DNA of 64,000 nucleotides from an uncultured Alphaproteobacteria bacterium (GCA_944392585.1 CALXXA010000025.1:25701-89700), one strand, 5' to 3'; positions 37,563 to 48,956 are shown, counted from the stretch's first letter. Notes: generated by a model from the sequence alone, not told the origin. Numbers and translations: made by a program.

Positions 37563-38480
37563 CTATTTATTTAATTGAGCATTTACCTCTGCTGCGAAGT
37601 CTTCCTGTTTTTTTTCAATTCCTTCTCCTAGAGCGAATCGAACATACGCCTTTAGATGAACGGGGGCAGCCAATTCTTTAGAGGCTTCATTGATTATATC
37701 TTTTACTTTCTTATCAGGATCCATAATATATGCTTGTTCTAATAAGACGACCTCTTCATAAAACTTTCGAATACGCCCTTCCACCATTTTTTCGATAATA
37801 TGATCAGGCTTGCCGGAAGCTTTTGCTTGTTCAGAGTAAATAGATCTCTCATGTTCCACCGCATTTTTATCCAGGCTGTCGATATCTAACGCTTGAGGAG
37901 CAGTTGCTGCTATATGCATAGCAATTTGTTTTGCGATTTCTTGTAACTTAACAGGATCCGCATCGGATTCCAAAGCAACTAATACACCTATTTTCCCTAG
38001 ATTCGGAGCGGTAGCATTATGAATATAAGAAGCAACAACGCCTTTTCCGACAGATAAGGAATCTGTTCTCCGCAGCGTCATATTCTCCCCGATTTTAGCA
38101 ATCAAATCGGTTAAATTATCTGCAATAGATTTTCCATTTAAAGGAGCTTTTTTAACGACTTCTAAATCACCATTATCCAAAGCGGCATCCAATATACACG
38201 ATGCTAATTTCTGGAATTCATCGTTTTTAGCGACAAAGTCCGTTTCTGAATTCAGTTCGATAATAGCTCCTTTTTTCCCATTTGATTTAACACCGACCAA
38301 ACCTTGAGAGGCAATACGATTTGCTTTTTTAGCGGCAACAGAAAGACCTTTTTTCCGTAAATAATCAATAGCCGCATCTAAATCGCCGTTGGCTTCTGTC
38401 AATGCCTTTTTACATTCCATCATTCCTGCGCCTGTTTTCTCGCGAAGATCTTTTACAAGAGCTGCTGTAATTTCTGCCAT
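37563..38480 (-). CDS. tsf: Elongation factor Ts.
   Basis: The UBA-like N-terminus MAEITAALVKDLREKTGAGMMECKKAL is the likely true start. The ORF track is extended 12 codons upstream of it. Confidence 0.9.
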   Translation of the reverse strand: MAEITAALVKDLREKTGAGMMECKKALTEANGDLDAAIDYLRKKGLSVAAKKANRIASQGLVGVKSNGKKGAIIELNSETDFVAKNDEFQKLASCILDAALDNGDLEVVKKAPLNGKSIADNLTDLIAKIGENMTLRRTDSLSVGKGVVASYIHNATAPNLGKIGVLVALESDADPVKLQEIAKQIAMHIAATAPQALDIDSLDKNAVEHERSIYSEQAKASGKPDHIIEKMVEGRIRKFYEEVVLLEQAYIMDPDKKVKDIINEASKELAAPVHLKAYVRFALGEGIEKKQEDFAAEVNAQLNK

Positions 38481-38559
38481 TTTTCTTTTTCCTTTTCTTT
38501 TTTTAAAAAAAGGCAACGACTTTATGCCGCCGCCTTTGCTTATAACAAACGCCTAGATT

Positions 38560-39354
38560 TTACTCAGCGTCTTTAGGTTGTTCTTGAACAGAAGCTTCCT
38601 CTGTTACAACTGTTTCTGCGGGAACTTCTTGAGCGGCTCCAACATCAACGCCGGCGGCGGCTAATTCTGCCTGGATACCATCTAAGACAGCCCCGGAAAC
38701 CAAATCACAATACAATTGAATCGCCCGTATAGCATCGTCATTCCCCGGGATAACATAATCTATATTATCGGGATCGGAATTACTATCACAAACAGCAACA
38801 ACGGGAATATTTAAGCGGTTAGCTTCTTTAATAGCCAGTTGTTCTTTTAATGTATCAATAACAAAGACAATATCGGGGCGACCATTCATATTTTGAATTC
38901 CCCCTAAAGAAGCAAATAACTTGTCGCGAACACGAGATAGATTCAAACGCTCTTTTTTTGTCAGGCCCTCTAACTCGCCTTTTTCTGCCTTTGCATCGAT
39001 TTCCTTTAGTTTTTTAATAGAACCCGAGACGGTTTTCCAGTTAGTCAACATTCCACCTAACCAACGGTGATTAACATAAAAAGCTCCGCAACGACTAGCT
39101 GCCTCCATAACAATCGGAGAGGCCTGATTTTTTGTTCCAACGAATAAAATTTTACCTCCTTCTGCAGCGACATCCCGAATAGCTTCCAAAGCTCTATTTA
39201 AAGCTGGAACTGTTTGAGTTAAATCTAAAATATGAACGCCATCACGAGCTCCATAAATATACCTTTCCATTTTTGGGTTCCAGCGCCGTGTATGATGCCC
39301 GTAATGAACCCCAGCTTCGATTAATTGACGCATAGTAAATGTAGGAATTGCCAT
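38560..39354 (-). CDS. rpsB: 30S ribosomal protein S2.
   Basis: 264 aa with [15 protein letters not shown] motif. Confidence 0.95.
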   Translation of the reverse strand: MAIPTFTMRQLIEAGVHYGHHTRRWNPKMERYIYGARDGVHILDLTQTVPALNRALEAIRDVAAEGGKILFVGTKNQASPIVMEAASRCGAFYVNHRWLGGMLTNWKTVSGSIKKLKEIDAKAEKGELEGLTKKERLNLSRVRDKLFASLGGIQNMNGRPDIVFVIDTLKEQLAIKEANRLNIPVVAVCDSNSDPDNIDYVIPGNDDAIRAIQLYCDLVSGAVLDGIQAELAAAGVDVGAAQEVPAETVVTEEASVQEQPKDAE

Positions 39355-39567
39355 TATAAAATCCTTTCTTTTCCAGTTATTCCTCCGCAGAACATAGAAA
39401 TCTAAAACCTTTTAGACACCGGAACACAAAATATTAAAACTTTGCGCAATTCTGCGTGCGTTATGCAAGAGTTTTATACTCTATTTATTTTTATTTTGCA
39501 AGTTTTTTTTTATTTTTTACAAGAGCTAAAAAGTTTCCGGACTTTTTTATTTATTGTTTAAAGCGTA

Positions 39568-42500
39568 TCAAAGTTGTCTTATTTCTTTAACTCCGGGAAC
39601 AGAACGCAATGCTTTTACTGTATCAGGAGTTAATGAAAATCCTTCTTCAAGAGCTATTTCTACATCCCACTCATTTACTTGAGGAATTAAGAAAACCTTC
39701 CCCTTTCCGGGAGCGTCTTGTTTTAAAACTGATTGGATTAGCGGAAGAGACGCGACATCACTGAGATAAATCATAACAGAGCTGCTTATTTTTGTTATTA
39801 CCTCATTTAAATATTCCACAGATTGAACAATTATCCTTATTTGTTCTTCTTTTTTTTCAGCTAAAACAGAAAAAATCAAAGGCTGTCCAGACTTCAACTT
39901 TTCTCTTGACTGGCTCAGAAGTTCGGAAAAACACATCATTTCAAAAGTCCCCGACATATCAGAAGCTGTAATGAAGGCATATTTACTTCCTGATTTTTGA
40001 GAAGTTCTTTCTTTTATATCATTAATAATTCCCGCTATGCGAACACGTGCAGAACATGAAGATTCAACAGTTTTAAAGAGTTCGGAAGAAGACATGATTC
40101 GCAATCTTTCAAAACTTGATTCAAATGCATCCAACGGATGCGCCGACAAGTAGAATCCGATAACTTCTGCTTCCATTTCCAATTTTTGCATAGAAGGCCA
40201 TTCTGGAATATTATCCAACTGCATACTTTGAATTTCCATACTTTCCCCGAACAAAGAGATTTGAGAGCTTCGCCGCTGAGAAGCGATTAAAGAAGAATAT
40301 TGGCTGAGTTTTTCTAAATTATGATGCAGTTTTGCTCTATTTGGCTCTAGACAGTCCAGAGCGCCGGATTTTATTAAACTCTCAAGACATCTTTTATTCA
40401 TAACCGAATTATCCACTCTAGCGATAAGATCCATAATATTTTTAAAAGGACCATTTTTTTCACGTTCTAAAACCAATGCTCTCATAGCGCCTTCCCCGAC
40501 ATTTCGAATAGCCGACAACGCATATCGGATAGAAGATTTTTCTTCAGAAAAATCAACTTGAGATTTATTAACATCCGGGGGCAAAATTTCAATTCCCATT
40601 CTTACGACATCACGTTTGAAAAAACCTAGTTTATCTGTATCTGTTTTATCTAATGTCATTGTAGCTGCCATAAACTCAACCGGATAATAAGCTTTTAAAT
40701 ATGCAGTTTGATATGAAATAACAGCATACGCTGCCGCATGAGATTTATTAAATCCATAGCTGGCAAATTTTTCCATAAGATCAAACACTTCTGAAGATTT
40801 TTCTTCTGATACGCCTTTTGCTTTAGCTCCTTCAATAAAAATATCTCTTTGTTTAATCATTTCTTCTTTTTTCTTTTTGCCCATGGCGCGACGTAATAAA
40901 TCTGCCGCTCCTAAGCTATATCCGGCCATCACCTGAGCAATTTGCATAACTTGTTCTTGATAAATTATAATCCCATAAGTTTCTTTTAAAATTTCTTCCA
41001 ACATCGGGTGAAGGTAATCTATTTTTTCCAATCCATGTTTCCGAGCAATATAACTGGGAATATTTCCCATGGGACCTGGACGGTAAAGTGCCACGATAGC
41101 AACTAAATCTTCTATTTTATCCGGAGCCATTTCTTTTAAAATTTTGCGCATTCCCGAACTCTCAAATTGAAACACTCCGGAAGTATTTCCACTTGTCAAC
41201 AATTCAAAAGTTTTCTTATCATCCAAAGGAATATTGGATAAATCCACCTCTATATTCTTAGCGCGTAATAACTCTAATGTTTTAGCTAAAACAGTCAATG
41301 TCTTCAAGCCTAAAAAATCAAACTTTATTAAGCTTGCATCCTCAACAAATTTCATATTAAATTGAATAACTGGCATTTCCGAATTAGAATCTTTATATAT
41401 CGGTAAAATTTTATCTAATGAATCATGACCTATTACAATTCCGGCAGCATGAGTTGAGGTATTACGATAAAGCCCTTCTAATTTTAGAGCGATCTCCAAT
41501 AATTTTTTAATTTGAGGCTCCTTATTTGCTTCTATTTCAAAAGCAGGCTCTATTTCCAAAGATTCTTTAAGAGTATATGGAATTCCTTTTTCATTCAATC
41601 CATTCGGAACCATTTTGGAGAGCCTATCCACAACCGGATATGGAATTTGCAACACACGACCGACATCTCGGATAACCACTTTAGCTTGCAACTGACCAAA
41701 CGTTACAATTTGAGCAACATTATCAATACCATATTTCTCTTGAACATATTGAATGGTTTCCCCTCTTCTTTCCTGGCAAAAATCAACATCGAAGTCCGGC
41801 ATAGAAACACGGTCTGGATTTAAAAACCGCTCAAATAGCAAATTAAACCTCAACGGATCTATATCCGTAATTGTTAAAGCCCATGCGACAACAGAACCAG
41901 CTCCGGATCCTCGCCCAGGGCCAACAGGAATTCCATGTGCTTTAGACCATTGAATAAAATCGGAAACAATTAAAAAATATCCAGGAAATCCCATTTTCTT
42001 AATAATTTCCAATTCATATTCCATTCGTTCCGTGTATTTTTTTCGATCTTCTTCAGATCTTTTTTCCATCCGTTTATTAAGACCCTCATGTGCTTTTTTA
42101 ATCAACAATTCATTTTCTGTCAGCCTTCCGCAATCGTATTGAGGGAAAGCCGGTTTTTGTTTTGTGAGCATAAAGCCACATCGTTTTGCTATTTGAACCG
42201 TATTTGCAATAGCTTCCGGGATATCTGCAAATAACTTTTTCATTTCCTCAGATGTTTTAAAATAATGTTGCGGAGTTACTTTTCTTCTATTTTGGACATC
42301 TATAAATGTTTTATCGGCAATACACAGCAAAGCATCATGAGCCTCATACATATCCGGAGTATTAAATAAAACATCATTTGTAGCGACTAAAGGAATCTCA
42401 TGTTTATAAGATAAGTCTAAAAAATCATTTTCTGTTTGACGTTCAATAGCCATTCCATGCCGCATTATCTCCATATATAACCGATCTCCAAAAATTTCTT

Positions 42501-43005
42501 TTAGACGCAGCAGCAAATTTTCCGCTCTATCTTTTTGTCCTGCTAACAAACAACGTCCGATAGGTCCTTCAGGACCTCCCGTCAACAAAATAAGACCTTC
42601 ATTAAGTTCTTGTAACTCCGATAATATAATATGCGGTATGTTTTGTTTGTTTTCGCTCATATAGTAATATTTAAAGATCTTTAATAAATTCTTATATCCG
42701 GTTTCATTTTGAACCAACAGAACTATTTTATCCAGTGACGGATTAAGTTCTTCTTTTAATGTTAAAAATTGTCCTTTCTCCTGCTCTTTCTTAAATAAAA
42801 GCTGTGTTCCTAATATCGGTTGGACACCTGCATTTGCGCAAGCATAAGAAAAATCCATCCCTCCGAATAAATTCTCTGTGTCTGTAATCGCAATTGCCGG
42901 CATATTATTTTTAACACAAGCATCTATTAAATAAGGGATTTTCATTGCTCCTTCAAGCAGCGAATATTGCGAATGTACATGTAAGTGAATAAATTCAGCG
43001 TCCAT
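39568..43005 (-). CDS. dnaE: DNA polymerase III alpha subunit.
   Basis: 1145 aa with an N-terminal PHP domain (HLHVHSQYSLLEGA), polymerase core and OB fold. Confidence 0.95.
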   Translation of the reverse strand: MDAEFIHLHVHSQYSLLEGAMKIPYLIDACVKNNMPAIAITDTENLFGGMDFSYACANAGVQPILGTQLLFKKEQEKGQFLTLKEELNPSLDKIVLLVQNETGYKNLLKIFKYYYMSENKQNIPHIILSELQELNEGLILLTGGPEGPIGRCLLAGQKDRAENLLLRLKEIFGDRLYMEIMRHGMAIERQTENDFLDLSYKHEIPLVATNDVLFNTPDMYEAHDALLCIADKTFIDVQNRRKVTPQHYFKTSEEMKKLFADIPEAIANTVQIAKRCGFMLTKQKPAFPQYDCGRLTENELLIKKAHEGLNKRMEKRSEEDRKKYTERMEYELEIIKKMGFPGYFLIVSDFIQWSKAHGIPVGPGRGSGAGSVVAWALTITDIDPLRFNLLFERFLNPDRVSMPDFDVDFCQERRGETIQYVQEKYGIDNVAQIVTFGQLQAKVVIRDVGRVLQIPYPVVDRLSKMVPNGLNEKGIPYTLKESLEIEPAFEIEANKEPQIKKLLEIALKLEGLYRNTSTHAAGIVIGHDSLDKILPIYKDSNSEMPVIQFNMKFVEDASLIKFDFLGLKTLTVLAKTLELLRAKNIEVDLSNIPLDDKKTFELLTSGNTSGVFQFESSGMRKILKEMAPDKIEDLVAIVALYRPGPMGNIPSYIARKHGLEKIDYLHPMLEEILKETYGIIIYQEQVMQIAQVMAGYSLGAADLLRRAMGKKKKEEMIKQRDIFIEGAKAKGVSEEKSSEVFDLMEKFASYGFNKSHAAAYAVISYQTAYLKAYYPVEFMAATMTLDKTDTDKLGFFKRDVVRMGIEILPPDVNKSQVDFSEEKSSIRYALSAIRNVGEGAMRALVLEREKNGPFKNIMDLIARVDNSVMNKRCLESLIKSGALDCLEPNRAKLHHNLEKLSQYSSLIASQRRSSQISLFGESMEIQSMQLDNIPEWPSMQKLEMEAEVIGFYLSAHPLDAFESSFERLRIMSSSELFKTVESSCSARVRIAGIINDIKERTSQKSGSKYAFITASDMSGTFEMMCFSELLSQSREKLKSGQPLIFSVLAEKKEEQIRIIVQSVEYLNEVITKISSSVMIYLSDVASLPLIQSVLKQDAPGKGKVFLIPQVNEWDVEIALEEGFSLTPDTVKALRSVPGVKEIRQL

Positions 43006-43015
43006 TTTTTACCTT

Positions 43016-43333
43016 TTATAAAAAAACACCTATGTGATAATAAACCAAAGCAAGCCAAACGGAGACAAAAAGGCCAAAGGAAAAACAATAAAACGTCAAC
43101 TTATTTCTTGCAAACTTATATAAAACTATCATTCCAACAAACAAAAAAGTCATTAAAATGAAATCAGATCTAAAATAATTAATATCATATGCATTTGTCC
43201 GGGAAGTTGCCACCCACTTAATTAAACTCCCTCCCACAAAAAGAACCGCAAGGAAACAAAACACGAAACTATACAAGAAATATCTTGAAATTAAAGAAAG
43301 CGTATTTATTTTAAATATAGATTTTTTTTTCAT
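43016..43333 (-). CDS. Small hypothetical membrane protein (about 3 TM helices).
   Basis: 105 aa hydrophobic ORF placed between dnaE and lolD. It begins with an A9 tract (MKKKS). Confidence 0.4.
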   Translation of the reverse strand: MKKKSIFKINTLSLISRYFLYSFVFCFLAVLFVGGSLIKWVATSRTNAYDINYFRSDFILMTFLFVGMIVLYKFARNKLTFYCFSFGLFVSVWLALVYYHIGVFL

Positions 43334-44014
43334 TTAAACTTCCTCTATAATTCCATCAATTAATTGAACCCGTCTATCCATTTTAGAGGCTAACTCTGGA
43401 TTATGAGTGGCGATTAAAGCTGACAAGCCTGTTTCTTTAACTGTTGCCAAAAGTTCTGCAAAAACTTTTTCACTTGTCAAAGGATCCAAATTTCCCGTTG
43501 GCTCGTCTGCCAACAACAACGAAGGGCTATTAATTAACGCACGAGCAATGGCGACACGTTGTTGTTCTCCTCCCGACAATTCCCCGCTGCGATGTCTCAA
43601 GCGATTTTTCAGCCCCATTTTTTCAAGTAAAAAAACAGCCTTTTCTTTTGCTTTTTTTTTAGACGCTCCGTTTATCAACTGCGGAAGCATTACATTTTCC
43701 ATAGCGGAAAAATCTGGTAGTAATAAATGACTTTGATAGACAAATCCTAAATACGCTCGCCGCATTTCTGTTCTTTCCTTTTCGCTCATTTTCTCACACG
43801 CTATATCCGCTAAACGAATAGTTCCGAAACTCGGCTGATCTAACAAACCTGCGATATAAAGCATCGTAGATTTCCCGGAACCGGAAGGACCAACCAAAGC
43901 CACAATTTCTCCTTTGTGAATTTCTAAATTCACTCCTTTTAAAACATGCAGCTTTTTATCTCCATCTCCGAACCATCTTTTGATATTGCTCAACTTTAAA
44001 ACAGGATATGTCAT
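43334..44014 (-). CDS. lolD: Lipoprotein-releasing system ATP-binding protein LolD.
   Basis: 226 aa ABC ATPase with Walker [10 protein letters not shown], signature LSGGEQQR and LolD-like length. Confidence 0.85.
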   Translation of the reverse strand: MTYPVLKLSNIKRWFGDGDKKLHVLKGVNLEIHKGEIVALVGPSGSGKSTMLYIAGLLDQPSFGTIRLADIACEKMSEKERTEMRRAYLGFVYQSHLLLPDFSAMENVMLPQLINGASKKKAKEKAVFLLEKMGLKNRLRHRSGELSGGEQQRVAIARALINSPSLLLADEPTGNLDPLTSEKVFAELLATVKETGLSALIATHNPELASKMDRRVQLIDGIIEEV

Positions 44015-44032
44015 AAAAATAACCTCCCCCTT

Positions 44033-45274
44033 TTACTCATAGCGTAAAGCTTCCACAGGATCTGTCTTAGAAGCCTTCCAAGATGGATATAATGTTGCCA
44101 AGAAAGATAAAATCAAAGACATCGTCGTTACTGCTATAACTTCCTTAATATCTATTTTAGAAGGAAGTTGAGATAAGAAATAAATTTCCGCAGAAAATAA
44201 ATCTTGCCCAGCTAATCGCCCTAGGAACTGACGAATAGGTTCAATATTGTAAGAAACCGATATCCCGACCAAAACTCCTGCGAAAGTTCCAATAACCCCG
44301 ACAAACAACCCATCAATTAGAAAAATCGTCATAATAGAGCGTCTGCTTGCTCCCATTGTTCGTAAAATAGCAATATCTTTACTTTTATCTTTAACAAGCA
44401 TAATCAACCCGGAAATAATATTAAAAGCAGCGACAATAATAATCAAAGTTAAAATTAAAAACATAACATTTCGTTCAACTTCTATTGCGTTAAAGAAAGC
44501 AGAATTAGAATGTTTCCAATCTACCACCGTTTGAGAGCGAGGCAATTTAGAAATAACTTCTTTCTGAATGAAAGGAAGCATATCCATATCAGCCACGAAA
44601 ATCTCAATTTGAGTAAGCTGTTTTTCATTCATTAAGTATTTTTGAGCTTGTTCAAGAGGCATTAAAATAAAATTAGAATCATATTCGAACATACCTGTAT
44701 CGAAAGTTCCTATGACTTCATATGATTTCATTCGAGGCATTGTCCCAAAAGCCGTAATATTTCCGTTAGGGGAAATTAAATTAATTTTTTCACCGACATG
44801 AACACCCATTTTAGAAGCTAATCGGAATCCCAAAATAACTTGATTATCTATAAAATTATCTATGGATTTTCCTTTGTAATTAGAAACAAACAAAGGTCTT
44901 TTTTTAAAGTCCTCTTGTTGAATACCTCTTAATAAAGCTCCTTGAGATAGCAATTCGGAAGAAGCCATAACCTGTCCTTCCAAAACAGGCATAGCGGTTG
45001 TAACGCCATAAATTTTTTTAAGATCTTTTATTTGTCGATCATCTGCATAGATTGTCGGTCCCCAAGATGGATAAATTGCCATATGTCCGTTAATTCCCAA
45101 AACACGTCCCATCAACTCATCTCGGAATCCGTTCATAACGCTCATAACAATAATTAAAGTTGCGACCCCGAGCATAATTCCCAGGAAAGAAAAACCAGCG
45201 ATAACCGAAACAAAACCTGTTCGTTTTCGTGCTTTTAAATAACGAAACCCGACAATTCTTTCAAAAAGCATCAT
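44033..45274 (-). CDS. lolE: Lipoprotein-releasing system permease LolC/LolE.
   Basis: 413 aa. MacB-like FtsX permease with LolC/E N-terminal sequence (FRYLKARKR...). Confidence 0.85.
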   Translation of the reverse strand: MMLFERIVGFRYLKARKRTGFVSVIAGFSFLGIMLGVATLIIVMSVMNGFRDELMGRVLGINGHMAIYPSWGPTIYADDRQIKDLKKIYGVTTAMPVLEGQVMASSELLSQGALLRGIQQEDFKKRPLFVSNYKGKSIDNFIDNQVILGFRLASKMGVHVGEKINLISPNGNITAFGTMPRMKSYEVIGTFDTGMFEYDSNFILMPLEQAQKYLMNEKQLTQIEIFVADMDMLPFIQKEVISKLPRSQTVVDWKHSNSAFFNAIEVERNVMFLILTLIIIVAAFNIISGLIMLVKDKSKDIAILRTMGASRRSIMTIFLIDGLFVGVIGTFAGVLVGISVSYNIEPIRQFLGRLAGQDLFSAEIYFLSQLPSKIDIKEVIAVTTMSLILSFLATLYPSWKASKTDPVEALRYE

Positions 45275-45346
45275 TTATTTTATCCTCTGTTTGTTTTCTA
45301 AAGCGTACAAGAAATGGCTTCAGATAGCAAGTTTTTTTCATAAAAA

Positions 45347-47608
45347 TTAGGCTTCTTCCAAAAATTTTTTCAATACTTTTTTACGGCCTTGATAATCAAA
45401 ACAAACCTCTACTTTATCTCCCTCATCCCGAACAATAGTTCCATCTCCGAATAATTCATGATGAACTCGTTTACCGGATTTAGAGATACTTTTATTCAAG
45501 AACATCCCCGTTGATCGCCCCCATGAATAAGTTTCTTCTTCATCAGATTCCTCTTTTGAAGGCGTTGAATATAAAGTTCCCCGGTCATCCATTTGATTAA
45601 AAGAATTAAAATATCCCAAATTTCCTTTTAAACCGCGAGCACTTTGCAACGCAATATGTTCCGAAGGAAGTTCGTCAATAAATCTTGATGGCAACGCATT
45701 TTGCCATTGTCCATACACACGCCGATTAGAAGCAAAAGAAATACATGCTTTTTTTCTGGCTCTTGTTATTCCGACATAAGCCAAGCGACGTTCTTCTTCC
45801 AAAGCCTGCCTTCCTTTTTCGTCCAGCGCCTTTGAATGCGGGAACAAACCTTCTTCCCACCCAGGTAAAAAAACAACGTCAAACTCCAATCCTTTTGAAG
45901 CATGTAACGTCATTACCGTAATTAACTCCTGATTAATGTTATTATCCGAATCCATAGCAAGACTAGCATGCTCTATGAAAGCAGAGATATCTTCAAATTC
46001 TTCTGCCATAACATTTTGTAATTCTTTTAAGTTTTCAAGACGTCCTTCTGCCTCTATAGATTTATCCGTCCGCCACATATTCATATATCCAGATTCTTCT
46101 AAAATTTTTTTAGTTAGTTCTTTTAAAGGCTCTTTTAAAGCGCCTGCTCGCCATCTCATAACATGATTTTTAAAGTCTGTTAAAGCTCTTTGAGCAGAAG
46201 CCTTTAAATCTGCGTTTTCTATAGCATCGAACAAAGAAACATGGAAAGAACGAGCATATTCTTGTAACATTTTTACAGATGTTTCCCCGATTCCCCGTTT
46301 GGGCTTATTGACAATTCTTTGAAAAGCCAAATCATCATTTGTATTATTAACTAATCTTAAATAAGCTACCGCGTCTTTAATTTCTTCGCGTTCATAGAAC
46401 TTAAAATCTCCTATAACCTGATAAGGAATTCCCGCCTTAATTAAAGCCTCTTCAAACTCTCTTGTTTGAAAACCGGCTCGAACTAAAACAGCTATGTTAG
46501 AAAGAGAGAGCCCTTCTCGCATAAGATTTTCAATGGTATTAACAACATGAAGAGCTTCCTCTTGGCCGTTCCAATATCCTCTGACGGAGACAAGGTCTCC
46601 TCCACCATCACGTCCTGGAGCGACACGCAATGTTTTTCCCAACCTTCCTTCATTATTAGCGATCAAAGCAGAAGCGGCTCCTAAAATATGAGTTGTCGAC
46701 CGATAATTGCTTTCAAGACGTATTATTTTGGCAGTTGGGAAATCCTTGGAAAATCGTAAGATATTTTCAACTTCGGCGCCTCGCCATGAATAAATAGACT
46801 GGTCATCGTCTCCGACACAGCATAAATTACCAGAACCCATTGCAAGCAATCTTAACAACAAATACTGAGCCACATTTGTATCTTGATATTCATCTACCAA
46901 AATATATTTAAATTGTTTTTGATAAAAGCCTGCAATATCTGGTCTAGTTTTAAAAATTTCCAACGGAAGCAATAATAAATCTCCGAAATCAACGGCATTT
47001 AATTCTTTTAATCGCTTTTGATACATTTTGTAAAAGGCTAAAGATTTTCCATACATGAAGCCTGGATCTTCATTTTGCGTGACCATAGCAGGAGACAATC
47101 CTCTATCTTTCCATCGTTGTATCACACTCAACAAAGCACCCGGAGCAAATTCTTTAATATCAATCCCATTTGATTGCATTAATTGTTTTAACAATCTTTC
47201 TTGATCATCTTCTCCCAATATGACGAAATCTTTTTCTAATCCGACGACGTGGTAATAAGACCGTAAGATTCTCAAGCCCAGTTTATGAAATGTTCCGAGC
47301 CATACGGAAGACGCATCTGGACCTATTATTTTTTCAAGTCTTTCACTCATTTCTCGAGCAGCTTTATTGGTGAACGTAACGGCTAAACATTGCCATGGTT
47401 TAGATAATTTTTTATCTATGATATAAGCCAACCGAGTTGTTAAAACGCGTGTTTTTCCGGTTCCGGCTCCGGATAGAACCAACACGGGACCTTCTGTTGT
47501 TTCCACGGCCTGACATTGTTCCGGGTTAAGATTTTGCAAATAGCGTAGTTCTTGTGCAGCAGAAGCCGTCTCTGACCTCTCATCCGCCAAATCAAATAAA
47601 CTTGACAT
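45347..47608 (-). CDS. uvrD: UvrD/Rep family ATP-dependent DNA helicase.
   Basis: 753 aa with N-terminal LNPEQCQAV...AGTGKTRVL and Q-motif/helicase motifs. Confidence 0.85.
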   Translation of the reverse strand: MSSLFDLADERSETASAAQELRYLQNLNPEQCQAVETTEGPVLVLSGAGTGKTRVLTTRLAYIIDKKLSKPWQCLAVTFTNKAAREMSERLEKIIGPDASSVWLGTFHKLGLRILRSYYHVVGLEKDFVILGEDDQERLLKQLMQSNGIDIKEFAPGALLSVIQRWKDRGLSPAMVTQNEDPGFMYGKSLAFYKMYQKRLKELNAVDFGDLLLLPLEIFKTRPDIAGFYQKQFKYILVDEYQDTNVAQYLLLRLLAMGSGNLCCVGDDDQSIYSWRGAEVENILRFSKDFPTAKIIRLESNYRSTTHILGAASALIANNEGRLGKTLRVAPGRDGGGDLVSVRGYWNGQEEALHVVNTIENLMREGLSLSNIAVLVRAGFQTREFEEALIKAGIPYQVIGDFKFYEREEIKDAVAYLRLVNNTNDDLAFQRIVNKPKRGIGETSVKMLQEYARSFHVSLFDAIENADLKASAQRALTDFKNHVMRWRAGALKEPLKELTKKILEESGYMNMWRTDKSIEAEGRLENLKELQNVMAEEFEDISAFIEHASLAMDSDNNINQELITVMTLHASKGLEFDVVFLPGWEEGLFPHSKALDEKGRQALEEERRLAYVGITRARKKACISFASNRRVYGQWQNALPSRFIDELPSEHIALQSARGLKGNLGYFNSFNQMDDRGTLYSTPSKEESDEEETYSWGRSTGMFLNKSISKSGKRVHHELFGDGTIVRDEGDKVEVCFDYQGRKKVLKKFLEEA

Positions 47609-47667
47609 TCTGTTTCCTTTTTGTTCTTTTTATAACAGTCTATTCTTTTTAAGAAACTTGTCAAGGA

Positions 47668-48956
47668 CTACCGTTCTTTTTTATTCAAAGAAATCAATTG
47701 AATTTTAGAAGATACTTTCCCTATTTCTTTTCGTCTGTGGTGTTCTTTTTGAATTAACTCCTGTTGTTTAATGTCAGACAGAATTTTCTCTTCTTTTTTT
47801 GAAGACAAGACAAACCCTTTTAAAATTCCCTTAATATTTTTTTTAACCAGCGCATCAGCTTTTCTATTAGGAGGATCAGACAAGCTTTCTTTAATTTTAT
47901 GCGCTAAACAACTCATATCCTGTTCAATAAGTTCAAAAGATTTTCCGAGATTGGATTCCAAATCCAACATATTATTCACAGAATAATCTTGAGAATAATA
48001 AATATCCATTTGTTTACTAAAAAACTTAATCAAAGTGTCTTTAAGTTCCACAGAAGTTTTAAACTCCGATAGATTCTTTAAAATCATATTATAACCATAA
48101 TAATTATTATCCGCGTACACCTCCGCCACATCAAAAACGAACTGTATACCTAAACGTTGGATATTATTTTTTCTCCATTTCCCCATACCTTTTTTCCTGG
48201 CTCCAGCGACTCCAAGAAAATCACATAACATTTCTGGCATTCTTTCTTCTTCCGGGTAATTTTGAATAATTCCTTTATACCTGGAAAACATTTCACGAAA
48301 ATAATTATCACCTGACCAATGAACGCAATTTTTTATTCCCCTTTTATTTATTTCTTTATTCAGTTGTTTTCTGGCATCATCCCATTTTTCAGAACATAAT
48401 GAAAGGGTTGCTTTTATGCATTGATACCACATTTGGGCAAAGCTACTGTTTATAAAAGAATTATAATATCTTTCATCATCCATAATCACATGCCCCAATT
48501 CATGAGCAAGGATACTATAGCCTTTATTTTCGTTACCTCCATATAGCCGGCAATTTATTTCAATTGTTTTTTTATTACGTTGTATTCGGCAATTGACTGA
48601 CTTCCCTCATGTGTTAGCGAATCATTTTGATAAAATTCAAACCGAACTCCTTTTTTCAAAGCTCCTCGGACAAAAGGAATCATTCCGTTTTCTCTTAAAC
48701 AACGATACTCGTTGTAAAAACAATTTATTGCTTTTTTTGCAAAAGATAAGTCCACTCCCCTAGGATAGTTATTTTTTTGTTCCTCTTCTTTTTGTCTTTG
48801 TATGACAATTGAAAATAAATCTTTTTTATACAAATCTTTCCAAAAAATTCCTTTTACATCGAACCGCGGAGAATCATCTCCATAGATAGAAAAATCGGGA
48901 AAGATCTCTCGAATCCACACCCCTTGATTATTTCTATCCCCGGACATTAACATCAA
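47668..48956 (-). pseudogene. HEXXH putative zinc metallopeptidase-like gene. It is split into two ORFs by a -1 frameshift at an A7 tract (T7 at 48567..48573 on the plus strand). It could be a pseudogene, a phase-variable gene or a sequencing error.
   Basis: ORF 48555..48956 ends ..EYNVIKKQLK*. The overlapping frame is open from about 48606 and reads ..NKKTIEINCRLYGGNENKGYSILAHELGHVIMDD.. into ORF 47668..48498. The track's start there is a TTG. One extra A in the tract would give a single continuous product of about 420 aa. Confidence 0.55.

Noticed and set aside
39355-39567. 213-bp rpsB-dnaE intergenic region with the TTGCGCAA palindrome and repeated TGCAAG motifs, as a possible small RNA or operator
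   Set aside because: It is most simply the rpsB-tsf promoter and leader region. I cannot support a specific element without a transcript map.
41512-41953. Plus-strand ORFs inside dnaE
   Set aside because: Antisense within dnaE.
47440-47664. 74-aa minus-strand ORF overlapping the uvrD 5' end
   Set aside because: It is out of frame with uvrD, which has a clear N-terminal helicase motif. The ORF is an artefact of an AT-rich open frame.
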